A stretch of 64,000 bases of DNA from Candidatus Dojkabacteria bacterium. Its GTDB lineage: Bacteria > Patescibacteriota > Dojkabacteria > SC72. The translations under genes and the position numbers were made by a program. The notes beneath the pieces were generated by a model that was given only the letters and a program-made list of their open reading frames with translations, had not been told where the DNA came from and did no database searches. Within the stretch, counting starts at the first letter, position 1; the number at the start of each line of letters is the position of its first letter. The DNA is taken from NCBI GenBank assembly GCA_040767225.1, contig JAXGOY010000004.1, forward strand, positions 6,180 through 70,179. Reading direction: 5' to 3'. Below, piece after piece: positions 31,118 through 40,398 of the stretch.

Positions 31118-33100
31118 TACACAGAAACATCACAATTTAGGAAGTTCACACTCACGACAGCAAAGAGGTGGAATGGGTATGATGAGAAGAGGAGAGAAGG
31201 CAAAAGATTTTAAAGGTACAATTAAAAAACTTATAAAATATCTTTCTCCATATATAAAAGCTTTTGTTGCTGTTTTTATTCTTGCTATTGCAAGTACAAC
31301 ATTTTCTATTATTGGTCCTAAGATATTGGGAAATATAACAAACCAGATTGTTGATGATTATATCCATATTACTGTTTATGACGAGATTATGAAAAATCTC
31401 CCACAGGGTTATGTACTGCCTCAGGGAACTAAAGGTACTGATGTATTAAAGCAGCTTCCTCAAGATAAATTAAATAAAATACCTAAGGATGTATTAAGTA
31501 GAGTTGAGGGTATGGATCTTTCTGTTAAACCTTCAATGGATTTTGATTATATTGGGAGTAAAATAGTGCTTCTTGTTGGTATATATTTTGCTAGTGCAGT
31601 ATTTTCTTACATTGTTGAATGGATAATGTCAGGAATTACACAAAAGGTAACATATAAACTAAGGAAGGAAATATTTGTAAAGATATCAAAACTTCCTCTT
31701 AAATATTTTGATACAAATTCCTATGGAGATGTTTTAAGTAGAATGACAAATGATGTTGATACAATAAGTCAGACATTAAGCAGAGGGATCGTACAGGTAA
31801 TTACCTCTGTTACCATGATCATAGGTATTCTTATTATGATGTTTAGTATTAATTCTATTCTTACAGTTATAGCTCTTGTTATACTTCCGTAAGTGCACTA
31901 CTGGTCTCTTTAGTTGTAAAAAGATCCCAGAAGCTGTTTGTTGCTCAACAGGAGTATCTTGGAGAAATAAATGGTCATATTGAGGAGATGTATGGAGGCC
32001 ATGTTATTGTAAAAGCATTTAATGGTGAAGAGAGAGCAATTAAAAAATTTGAGACAATAAATGAAAAGCTTTATGAGAGTTTTGGAAGTCTCAATTTTTT
32101 GCTGGTTTACTTATGCCTATTATGAATGTAATCAGCAATGGCGGTTATGTAGCTATAGCTGTACTTGGAGGAAAATTTGCAATAGAGGGAAAGATAAATA
32201 TTGGGGATATACAAGCCTTTATGCAGTATATGAATCAATTTACTCAGCCAATAACTCAGACTGCCAATATCAAACATTTTTAATCTATGGCAGCATCTGC
32301 AGAAAGAGTCTTTGAATTTTTAAATGAAGATGAAGAGAAAGAGAGAGTAAGAGAGTTTAAGGAGATAAAAGAAGTAAAAGGGAATATTAAGTTTGAGAAT
32401 ATTAAATTTGGATATAATCCAGATAGAATTATTATTAAAGGTTTTAGTGCAGATATTTCTGCAGGACAAAAAGTAGCAATAGTGGACCTACTGGTGCAGG
32501 GAAACTACAATGGTAAATCTTCTTATGCGATTTTATGATATTGATAGTGGAAGTATTAAGATTGATGGTATAGATATAAAGGATATAAGAAGAGATAATG
32601 TTAGAAAGCTTTTTGGAATGGTATTGCAGGATACATGGCTTTTTAATGGTACTATTAAAGAAAATATTGCATATGCAAAACCTGATGCAACGGAGGATGA
32701 GATTATTGAGGCAGCAAAAAGTGCATATGCTGACCACTTCATACGTACTCTTCCTGAAGGATATGATACTGTAATAAATGAAGAGGCAGATAATATATCT
32801 CAGGGAGAAAAGCAGCTTCTTACAATTGCAAGAGCAATGCTTGCTAATCCTCCAATGCTTATTTTAGATGAAGCAACTAGCTCTGTAGATACAAGAACTG
32901 AACTTTTAATTCAAAAAGCTATGGATAAGCTTACAGAAGGGAGAACTACATTTGTAATAGCTCACAGACTTTCAACTATTAAGAATGCTGACTTAATTCT
33001 AGTTATGAATTATGGAAACATTGTAGAAAAAGGGAACACCAGCAGCTTCTTGAGAAGAATGGATTCATGCTTCCGTTGTATAATAGTCAGTTTCAATTGA
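31110..33100 (+). pseudogene. Second MsbA-type ABC exporter broken by at least 6 frameshifts
   Basis: Homologous fragments lie in alternating frames at 31110-31892, 31893-32290, 32287-32538 and 32510-33100. Walker A is only recovered (AIVGPTGAGKTTMVNLL) if single bases are restored in gg/aaa runs. The signature motif [14 protein letters not shown] is intact in the last fragment. Confidence 0.75.
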
Positions 33101-33136
33101 CTAATGGACAGGAGTAATATATAGAAGGAAATATAA

Positions 33137-34843
33137 ATGGAAAAAGAGAACAGCAAGAAACAAAAAGAAGATTCTATACAGAGTTTTGTTTCTAAAAAAT
33201 CAGTAATGTTAAAAAAGATGCTAAATTAAGAAAAGAAGTACTTCATGCTGCACAAAGATATGCAGAGGAACTTAAGAGTTTAGATAACAAAGAGACGAAA
33301 ATACATATAAATGAAGTTACTTCACAGGTAGCAAAGTTTTATGAGAAAGTTAGAAAAGTAATTGATTGGAAAGATGATAATGCTCTAAGGAGAGGTGCAA
33401 TTGAAAGGATTTTAAAAAGGAAGCTATTCCCTAAACTCGTATCAGGTTCTTTTAAAAAAGAAGATTCTTTTAAACTTGCACAAACAATTACACAGGAGCT
33501 TATTCGTGGAGGACATTTACCAAACCATGAAGTTCCATAAATCAAGAATAGATGATGTATCTAAGGCATTAACGAAGTATTTAATCATGCTTCAAAGAGT
33601 AATTACATCATCAGAGATTAAAAGTGTAAAGAAAGGAAATAATGCAACAACATTTATTATGGAGTTAGCTACATGTGAAATAGAGGAGATTTTAGCAAGA
33701 CCTGTTAAAGAGTATGAAATAATAAATGCGATGGCTACTATCATGAACGATAGAATTAAGATTATTCCTCAAGATAAACTTACTGATGATGTTAAATTGG
33801 ATTTAATTAAAGTATCTGTCCAAAGAACACTATATCACTTAGATAACGATTATATTATCTACACCTATCTTAGAAGAAAGTATCCGGATTGGGATAATTT
33901 GTCTGATGAGCAGTATACATGGTTTGCAGATAATATACTTTCTATTAAGGATATAAGTGAGAGATATATAAATAGCAAAATTGCGAGGAGATTTGATGAA
34001 GTTACTGAACAGTATAGCACTGTGTTTATGCTCTTTGACGATGTCCTGGAGAGTTTGAAAAATAATCCTGACAATATAGTAGATACTGTGAAAAGTGGGG
34101 ATCATCTTCTTCCATTAATAAGAGAGTGTTACTTAAAAAGGATAAGTACACTTAAAACAAGATTAAAAAACTCTGCAATATTCTCAACTCTTTCTGTAAT
34201 TCTTACTAATTTTGTAACATTCTTCTTAATTGAGGTACCACTAGCAAAATTGTTTTATGAAGGATTTAATACAGTTGCTACAATTGTGGATTTTCTGCTT
34301 CCTGCCTTAGTTATGTTTCTTCTTATTGCTTTTATTAAACCACCACCTGAGGATAATTTAGATAAGGTTTTTTCTGCTTGTGCAGATTTATTATTTGAAG
34401 ATACTGAATATGAACATATTGAACTTAAAGTATCTGAAAGCGGGTCTAAATTAAGTAAACTTTTGTTTAATATCTCATATATACTCTTAACCATATTGTT
34501 ATTTGTATCTATTGGTTATCTTTTTTACATTGCTCAATTACCAATGACTTCTGTTGTGTATGATACATTTACAATTGCTCTAACTTTTTATGCTGCACTT
34601 GGTGTAAGGAAGAAATCTAAAGAGTTGTATATAGGGGAGAGTACAACATTTAAGGATTTAATATTTGATGCATTTACTGTTCCTGTTGCTAGGGTTGGAG
34701 AGTATCTTTCTTCTAAATGGAGAGAGTATAATGTAGCAGCTACATTTACAAACTATTTAGTGGAGATCCCTTTTGCAGCTCTTCTTGATTTTATAGATTT
34801 ATGGAGTAATTTTCTTAAAGAAAGAAGATCTGAAATCTCTTAA
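33137..34843 (+). CDS. Membrane protein of unknown function, N-terminal part frameshifted
   Basis: Main ORF 33476-34843 (455 aa, C-terminal TM helices). Upstream coding-like segments 33137-33230 and 33200-33540 are in other frames and join at A-runs. Confidence 0.5.
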
Positions 34844-34906
34844 ATTGACGGCTAGTAATTGATAGAGGTATATTTAAAGAGATTTAATTTATTTTAAGAA
34901 AGAGAT

Positions 34907-37324
34907 ATGTCTCAGGAATCAGTGGATATATCAACATATTTTTCACAAAGAGCAAAGGATATTATACAAATGGCAGCTGAGAAAGCTGTTGATAGTGGGA
35001 GTAGGAATATTGATACCGAGCATCTATTGTGGGCAGCAGTAAATTATGATGATGTTGTTGTAAGAGTACTTAAAGAGTTGAAAGTAGATAATGAACTACT
35101 GCAAGATCAGTTAAATGAGGTGATTGGAAGTGATGAAGGTATTACACATGGTACTCCAGGGCTTACCCCAAGGGCAAAGGAGGTATTACAACTTGCATTT
35201 TATGAATCTCAAGAGTTAGGTCATCACTATATTGGAGGGGAGCATATTCTTCTTGGTCTTATCGAAGAAGGTGAAGGTATAGCTGCACAGATATTTGAAA
35301 AGTATGGGATATCTCTTACACAGGCAAGACAGGCAGTAATAAAAGTTGTGGGAGAAGGAGATGAAAGTGGTGAAAAGGTTGAGGAATCCTCTATTACCCC
35401 TACACTTGATAAATATTCAAGGGATTTAACTAAGTTAGCGAAGGAAGGGAAAATAGATCCTGTAATTGGAAGAAGTGATGAGATAACTAGAGTAATACAA
35501 ATACTTTGTAGAAGAAAAAAGAATAATCCTGTTTTAATAGGAGAGCCAGGAGTAGGTAAAACTGCAATTGCAGAAGGACTTGCATATCGTATTGCAACAG
35601 GAAATGTCCCTGAGGTACTTCTTCATAAAACAGTAAAGGAGCTTGATGTTGCAGCACTCATAGCAGGAGCAAGCCACAGAGGAGAGTATGAAGAGAGAAT
35701 ACAAAAAGTACTTAAGGAGCTAGAGAAATCAGGAAGAGATACAATTCTTTTTATAGATGAACTTCATACAATTGTAGGAAGTGGTGCTCCTGAAGGACAA
35801 ATGGATTTATCTAATATGCTTAAACCCGCACTTGCAAGAGGAGATATACAAATCATTGGAGCAACTACACTAAGTGAGTATAAAAAGTATATTGAGAAAG
35901 ATGCAGCACTTGAAAGAAGATTCCAAATAGTACTTGTAGGAGAACCTACTGTAGATCAAACAATTGAAATACTTAGAGGTTTAAGAGATAGATATGAGGC
36001 TCACCATAGAGTAAAGATTTCTGATGAGGCAATAACTGCTGCTGCTGTACTATCAGAAAAGTATATACAAGACAGATTTTTACCAGATAAAGCAATTGAT
36101 TTAATTGATGAAGCTGCAAGTAAGGTTAAGCTGGAAGTATCTTCTGAGCCTGAAGAGTTAAGAGAGTTAAAAAGAAAGATTGAGAGTATGGAGAAAGAGA
36201 GAGAAGCTCTCACAAGGAGTGGTAATTATGAGAAAGCAGCTGAGATAAAAGTGGAGATTGAGAAACTTAAAACTAAGCTTGAACCACTTGTTGAGAAATG
36301 GAATAAGGTAAAAGGAACTGGTACACCAGTTGTTAAGACAGAAGATGTAGCAGAGGTTCTTTCAAGAGCAACAGGTATTCCTGTAACAGAGCTGTGTGAG
36401 GAAGAAAAGGATAGACTTCTTAAGCTTGAAGAAACACTACATCAAAGAGTTGTAGGTCAAGATGAAGCTGTAAAAGCAGTTTCAGAGGCAGTAAGAAGGT
36501 CTAGAGTAGGGCTTAAAGATCCACGAAAGCCTATTGCTTCCTTTCTTTTTATGGGACCTACTGGTGTGGGAAAAACATTGCTTGCAAAAGCATTGGCTAA
36601 GCAGATATTTGGTGATGAAGATGCAATTATTCGTATAGATATGAGTGAATACATGGAGAAATTCTCTGTATCCAGACTTATTGGCTCTCCTCCAGGATAT
36701 GTTGGTTATGAAGAGGGAGGACAGTTAACAGAGGCTGTCAGAAGAAAACCATATTGCGTTATTCTTCTCGATGAAATAGAGAAGGCACATAGTGATGTAT
36801 TTGATATTCTTCTTCAAGTTCTTGATGACGGTAGACTTACTGATGCACAAGGAAGAACAGTTAGTTTTAAAAATACCATTATTATTGCAACAAGTAATAT
36901 TGGTGCAAACAAAATACAAGAGTTTGTAAAAAAGGGAGAAAAGGATTGGAACAAGTTAAAAGAAGAGTTAATGGCAGATCTTAAATCATATTTTAAGCCT
37001 GAATTTCTTAATAGGCTTGATGACATCATTGTTTTTAAGAGTTTAGATAAGAAACAGATTAAAGAAATTGCAAGAATACTTTTAGAAGATGTTAAGGGTC
37101 TAGTAAAAGCTCAAGGTATGGAGATTGAATTTGATGATAGTGTAATTGAGCTTGTTGCTAGTATTGGTTATGATCCTGAATTTGGTGCAAGACCTATGGA
37201 AAGAGTAATTCAAAATGTAGTAGAGAATCCTTTAGCAGATGCATTGCTAGAAGGGAAATTTAATAAAGGAGATACTATTTTTGCAACAGTAAAGGACGGT
37301 AAGATAGTTTTTGAGAAAAAATAA
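34907..37324 (+). CDS. clpC: ATP-dependent Clp protease ATP-binding subunit ClpC (class III Hsp100)
   Basis: Two Clp_N repeats; NBD1 [15 protein letters not shown]; short UVR-like middle domain; NBD2 [15 protein letters not shown]; 805 aa. Confidence 0.9.
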   Translation: MSQESVDISTYFSQRAKDIIQMAAEKAVDSGSRNIDTEHLLWAAVNYDDVVVRVLKELKVDNELLQDQLNEVIGSDEGITHGTPGLTPRAKEVLQLAFYESQELGHHYIGGEHILLGLIEEGEGIAAQIFEKYGISLTQARQAVIKVVGEGDESGEKVEESSITPTLDKYSRDLTKLAKEGKIDPVIGRSDEITRVIQILCRRKKNNPVLIGEPGVGKTAIAEGLAYRIATGNVPEVLLHKTVKELDVAALIAGASHRGEYEERIQKVLKELEKSGRDTILFIDELHTIVGSGAPEGQMDLSNMLKPALARGDIQIIGATTLSEYKKYIEKDAALERRFQIVLVGEPTVDQTIEILRGLRDRYEAHHRVKISDEAITAAAVLSEKYIQDRFLPDKAIDLIDEAASKVKLEVSSEPEELRELKRKIESMEKEREALTRSGNYEKAAEIKVEIEKLKTKLEPLVEKWNKVKGTGTPVVKTEDVAEVLSRATGIPVTELCEEEKDRLLKLEETLHQRVVGQDEAVKAVSEAVRRSRVGLKDPRKPIASFLFMGPTGVGKTLLAKALAKQIFGDEDAIIRIDMSEYMEKFSVSRLIGSPPGYVGYEEGGQLTEAVRRKPYCVILLDEIEKAHSDVFDILLQVLDDGRLTDAQGRTVSFKNTIIIATSNIGANKIQEFVKKGEKDWNKLKEELMADLKSYFKPEFLNRLDDIIVFKSLDKKQIKEIARILLEDVKGLVKAQGMEIEFDDSVIELVASIGYDPEFGARPMERVIQNVVENPLADALLEGKFNKGDTIFATVKDGKIVFEKK

Positions 37325-37336
37325 GTTATATACCTC

Positions 37337-37370
37337 TTGACAATTAGCACTCAATATGCTACATTGCTAA
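37337..37370 (+). promoter_or_regulatory. CIRCE-like inverted repeat overlapping a TTGACA -35-like hexamer
   Basis: TTAGCACTC-N9-CATTGCTAA against the CIRCE consensus TTAGCACTC-N9-GAGTGCTAA (left arm perfect, right arm 6/9). TTGACA sits directly upstream. Confidence 0.35.
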
Positions 37371-37561
37371 TAGGACAATGACTAAGGAGTCTGTTTGAGA
37401 TTTCTTGGTTATTTCCAAGTAATTTCTACAGATTTTCCTTTGTCTTGTTCACCTTTATATACTATTTAACTTGTAAAAGTTGGTAGTATATGAAGAGGAC
37501 AATCTTCTTTTAGTGGCTTCATCTAATGCCACAAGCAATTTTAACAATTTAAAATTTGCGT

Positions 37562-37605
37562 TTACCTGATGCAGGTCAGGTAATACTGAATATCAATTCA
37601 GTATT
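37562..37605 (+). promoter_or_regulatory. Two adjacent perfect hairpins in the hsp20 5' leader
   Basis: TTACCTGA-tgcagg-TCAGGTAA, then ATACTGAAT-atca-ATTCAGTAT, about 25-70 nt upstream of the hsp20 start. Confidence 0.3.
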
Positions 37606-37630
37606 GTGGTTGTAAGTCACTAAGAAAGCC

Positions 37631-38158
37631 ATGTCTCCTCGGCTTTTAAAAGATAGAGGAGAGTTTGTATTTAAATTGTTATTTAGTATGCCTATGGAAA
37701 CTAAAAGAAGAAAAAATACAAACAAAGAATTAGCTACAACATCTTACTCTCCTGTAAGGAATATAATTGATGATTTCTTTACACTTCCTTCTGTATTTGA
37801 TTCATTAGTAAATAGATCAATTATGCCAAGCTACAATACATTAATGGCAGATGTATGGGAGGAAGGAGATAATTACTTTGTAAAAATGGCTATGCCTGGT
37901 ATATCTAAGAAGGATATTACAATTGAGCTGGATGGAGATACAGTAAGAATTAGAGGAGAGAAGAAAGAAGAAGAAAAAGAAGAGGGAAAGAAAAAGTATT
38001 ACTTCAGAAGTCTTGAGAGCCAGTTTGAACAGGTATTTAATCTGCCAACTGTAATTGATGCTGATAAAGCAGAGGCTTCTGTAAAGGATGGTGTTTTACT
38101 TATTAAACTTCCTAAGGCAAAAGAGTATATGCCTAAGAAGGTAGAGATAAAGGAGTAA
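37631..38158 (+). CDS. Small heat-shock protein, Hsp20/alpha-crystallin family
   Basis: ACD core DVWEEGDNYFVKMAMPGISKKDITIELDGDTVRIRGEK...LLIKLPK. Alternative start at the Met at 37688. Confidence 0.85.
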   Translation: MSPRLLKDRGEFVFKLLFSMPMETKRRKNTNKELATTSYSPVRNIIDDFFTLPSVFDSLVNRSIMPSYNTLMADVWEEGDNYFVKMAMPGISKKDITIELDGDTVRIRGEKKEEEKEEGKKKYYFRSLESQFEQVFNLPTVIDADKAEASVKDGVLLIKLPKAKEYMPKKVEIKE

Positions 38159-38165
38159 GTTGTAC

Positions 38166-38197
38166 AGGGAGAGGGCTTAGCTCTCTCCCTTCTATAT
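38166..38197 (+). terminator. Putative intrinsic terminator after hsp20
   Basis: AGGGAGAG-ggcttagct-CTCTCCCT stem-loop followed by a T-rich stretch. Confidence 0.45.
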
Positions 38198-38264
38198 ACT
38201 CTTAAGATTTTACAATGCTCTTTTTTTTGTATACTATATAGTATTAATATCTAAATGCATAAAA

Positions 38265-38762
38265 ATGAGTAAAAATATAAAGAGAATTCTTGGTACTGTT
38301 TCTATCTTTGTTTTATTCTTTTCTTTAGTTTCTGCAGGTAGAATATATGCTCAAACAGAAGAGTTAACAAACGAAGAAGAGTTTAACCTTGATTATGAGT
38401 ATGATCAGCCTGTTTTATATGATTATCAAGATGAGAAAGTAGTAGATACTGGCAGGAGATGTGAATGTAGATATGATAATTTAAGTGGTTCTGTTATTAC
38501 TGTTATTTTCTTTTTGTTCTTTTTTATTTTTGCTATTGTTATAGCTTCTCTTGTATTTAATATTGTTATGATAGTTGATTGTATAAATAGAGATGAGAAG
38601 GATTTTAAGGATAGGACTATATGGCTTGTTGTATTAATAGTAGGTGGTTTTACAGGTTTTGGGTTAATAGTTTCTTTAGTATATTTCTTTGCTGTTAAGA
38701 AGAAATTAGATGAGAAGGGGAAATCAGAGAAAAAAGATGTTGAGAATTCTCAAAAGAGATAA
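38265..38762 (+). CDS. Secreted/membrane protein with PLDc_N-like C-terminal domain
   Basis: Signal peptide, acidic region, then VMIVDCINRDEKDFKDRTIWLVVLIVGGFTGFGLIVSLVYFF (phospholipase-D N-terminal-type TM motif). Paralog at 62062-62637. Confidence 0.6.
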   Translation: MSKNIKRILGTVSIFVLFFSLVSAGRIYAQTEELTNEEEFNLDYEYDQPVLYDYQDEKVVDTGRRCECRYDNLSGSVITVIFFLFFFIFAIVIASLVFNIVMIVDCINRDEKDFKDRTIWLVVLIVGGFTGFGLIVSLVYFFAVKKKLDEKGKSEKKDVENSQKR

Positions 38763-38991
38763 TTTTATTTATTTTTAATTTACACTGAAAATAGTATGAA
38801 GAAGTTAAATAGTTTAAAGTTATATTATTATTAATAATAGCAGTACTTTCTATTGGTATATTTGTAGTAGGAGATACTTTAGCAGAACAGAGTAGTGGTA
38901 CTCCTGATTCTGGGAAAATTCTATATTAAAAGAAACATATGATAATTTAAATGATTTAGGGTATGGTAGTGAGGAGGGTAGTTATGGCGGT

Positions 38992-39639
38992 ATGTGGAAT
39001 AGGATAATATCTTCTGCTAATTGGGTGCCTAATGGTACAGTTTCAGAGGATACTGTAGTATCTGGTTATACCTTTTATGATGAGAGTCGTACAGAGAAGA
39101 CTGGTACCTTAGATTTTCCAAATTATGAGGCACAATCCCTGCAAGCTAAAGACTTTAGGGATCAAAATGGCTCTGATTCTTGGTCTTCTTGGAAAAAGGC
39201 AAATACAAATCCAGAGGTTTGGTACGATAGTAGGACTGGTTTATATTGGAGTGCAAGTCAAAGTTCTCAGACAAATCAGTTTACAATTTCAACATGTGAT
39301 TTCTTTACTACTACATCTAGGGGTGATTATGATGGCTCTGATCCTGATTGTGGTAATGCTATTAACACCTGTGGGACTCTCGTATTAGATGCTGATGGAG
39401 ATGGTACTGCAGATACTTCTTGGTATCTTCCGACCCAGGCAGAATTGATGCAGGCCTATCTAAATGGTATATATCTTGGTACTAGTACTGCATGGGTTAC
39501 AGGGAACAATTTTTGGTCGAGTACTGAGAATCAGGTTAATACTAGTTACGCTTGGTATACAGGTCTGTACCGTGGGTATACGTACCCTACTAATAAGACT
39601 ACTAGTTATTCAGTACGTTGTGTCCTTAGGGATTTATAA
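38992..39639 (+). CDS. DGR target protein, DUF1566 / Lcl-like C-type-lectin fold, variable C-terminus
   Basis: SWYLPTQAELMQAYLNG and C-terminal ...NNFWSSTENQVNTSYAWYTGLYRGYTYPTNKTTSYSVRCVLRDL (Fib_succ_major/DUF1566 ending). A signal peptide (MKKLNS.KVILLLIIAVLSIGIFVVG) is encoded upstream at 38796-38930 in shifted frames. Confidence 0.85.
   Translation: MWNRIISSANWVPNGTVSEDTVVSGYTFYDESRTEKTGTLDFPNYEAQSLQAKDFRDQNGSDSWSSWKKANTNPEVWYDSRTGLYWSASQSSQTNQFTISTCDFFTTTSRGDYDGSDPDCGNAINTCGTLVLDADGDGTADTSWYLPTQAELMQAYLNGIYLGTSTAWVTGNNFWSSTENQVNTSYAWYTGLYRGYTYPTNKTTSYSVRCVLRDL
39506..39627 (+). repeat. DGR variable repeat (VR)
   Basis: Aligns base for base with 39906-40027. It differs at 15 positions where TR has A, at codon positions 1/2 of TR AAY codons, plus one T/C mismatch near the 3' end (39621). 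Confidence 0.85.
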
Positions 39640-39644
39640 TATGA

Positions 39645-39673
39645 ATGGATACTGGCGTAAGTCCAGTAGCCAT
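39645..39673 (+). promoter_or_regulatory. Hairpin immediately downstream of VR (DGR homing structure candidate)
   Basis: ATGGATACTGG-cgtaagt-CCAGTAGCCAT (10/11 bp stem) starting 6 nt after the target stop. Confidence 0.4.
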
Positions 39674-39905
39674 ACCAAATTATTTTTAATTTAAAATTTG
39701 AGCTTGCAATCTGTACAGGAATATGAAAGTATGTATCCATGCAAGATCTTACACTCTCAACCTCGGCATAGGCAATGGCTTGTAAGGGAGGCATAAATAT
39801 ATAATCCTACCTGTTATACCCAAGTGGTATAGAGATACAAAAGATCTTTTACACTAAATATGTCTAGTATCAGGTCTTTGGTGGAGTTAAAAAATTAGCA
39901 GGTTT

Positions 39906-40027
39906 ACAATTTTTGGTCGAGTACTGAGAATCAGAATAATAATAGTAACGCTTGGTATACAAATCTGAACAATGGAAATACGAACAATAATAATAAGACT
40001 ACTAGTTATTCAGTACGTTGCGTCCTT
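39906..40027 (+). repeat. DGR template repeat (TR)
   Basis: A-rich at variable positions (aat aat aat agt aac ... aac aat gga aat acg aac aat aat aat). Ends directly at the avd start codon. Confidence 0.85.
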
Positions 40028-40041
40028 AGGGAGTATATAAT

Positions 40042-40398
40042 ATGCCTCAAGCAGATTTAGACAAACCAATATATCTAGCTTTATACAAACTCATTCTTTA
40101 TCTTTATACATGTATTAGAAATTTTCCTAAAGAGTACAAATACACTCTTGGTCAAGACATACTTTCTCTTGCTTGGAAAACCTTAGATTGGGTAATACTC
40201 GCTAATACGGTAGAGAATAGAGAAAAGAAGAAATATATTGCAAAAGCAGTTTCAACCTTTAATAGTTTAAAATACAGATTTCGAGTTGCTAGTGATACCA
40301 AAATTTTAAGCCACCAGAAATATGCCTATATCATTAAACAGTCCGTTGAAATAGAGAAAATGTTAAAAGGATGGTTTTCTTGGTCTAAAAGATTCTAA
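40042..40398 (+). CDS. avd: Accessory variability determinant (Avd-like four-helix-bundle protein)
   Basis: 118 aa, basic, helical. FPKEYKYTLGQDILSLAW resembles the Avd / 23S-IVS family motif FPKEEKYGLTSQIR. Immediately 3' of TR. Confidence 0.7.
   Translation: MPQADLDKPIYLALYKLILYLYTCIRNFPKEYKYTLGQDILSLAWKTLDWVILANTVENREKKKYIAKAVSTFNSLKYRFRVASDTKILSHQKYAYIIKQSVEIEKMLKGWFSWSKRF

Noticed and set aside
34844-34906. Searched for a CtsR box (GGTCAAA direct repeat) upstream of clpC
   Set aside because: Only TTGACGG...TAATTGA present; no heptad direct repeat.
39464-39694. Six-frame ORFs 39125-39388, 39464-39694 and 39606-39794 overlapping the DGR target and VR
   Set aside because: They are alternative-frame or antisense readings of the target gene and VR/spacer with no independent signals. 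The 18 codon ORF at 39641 is a duplicated relic of the avd start context.
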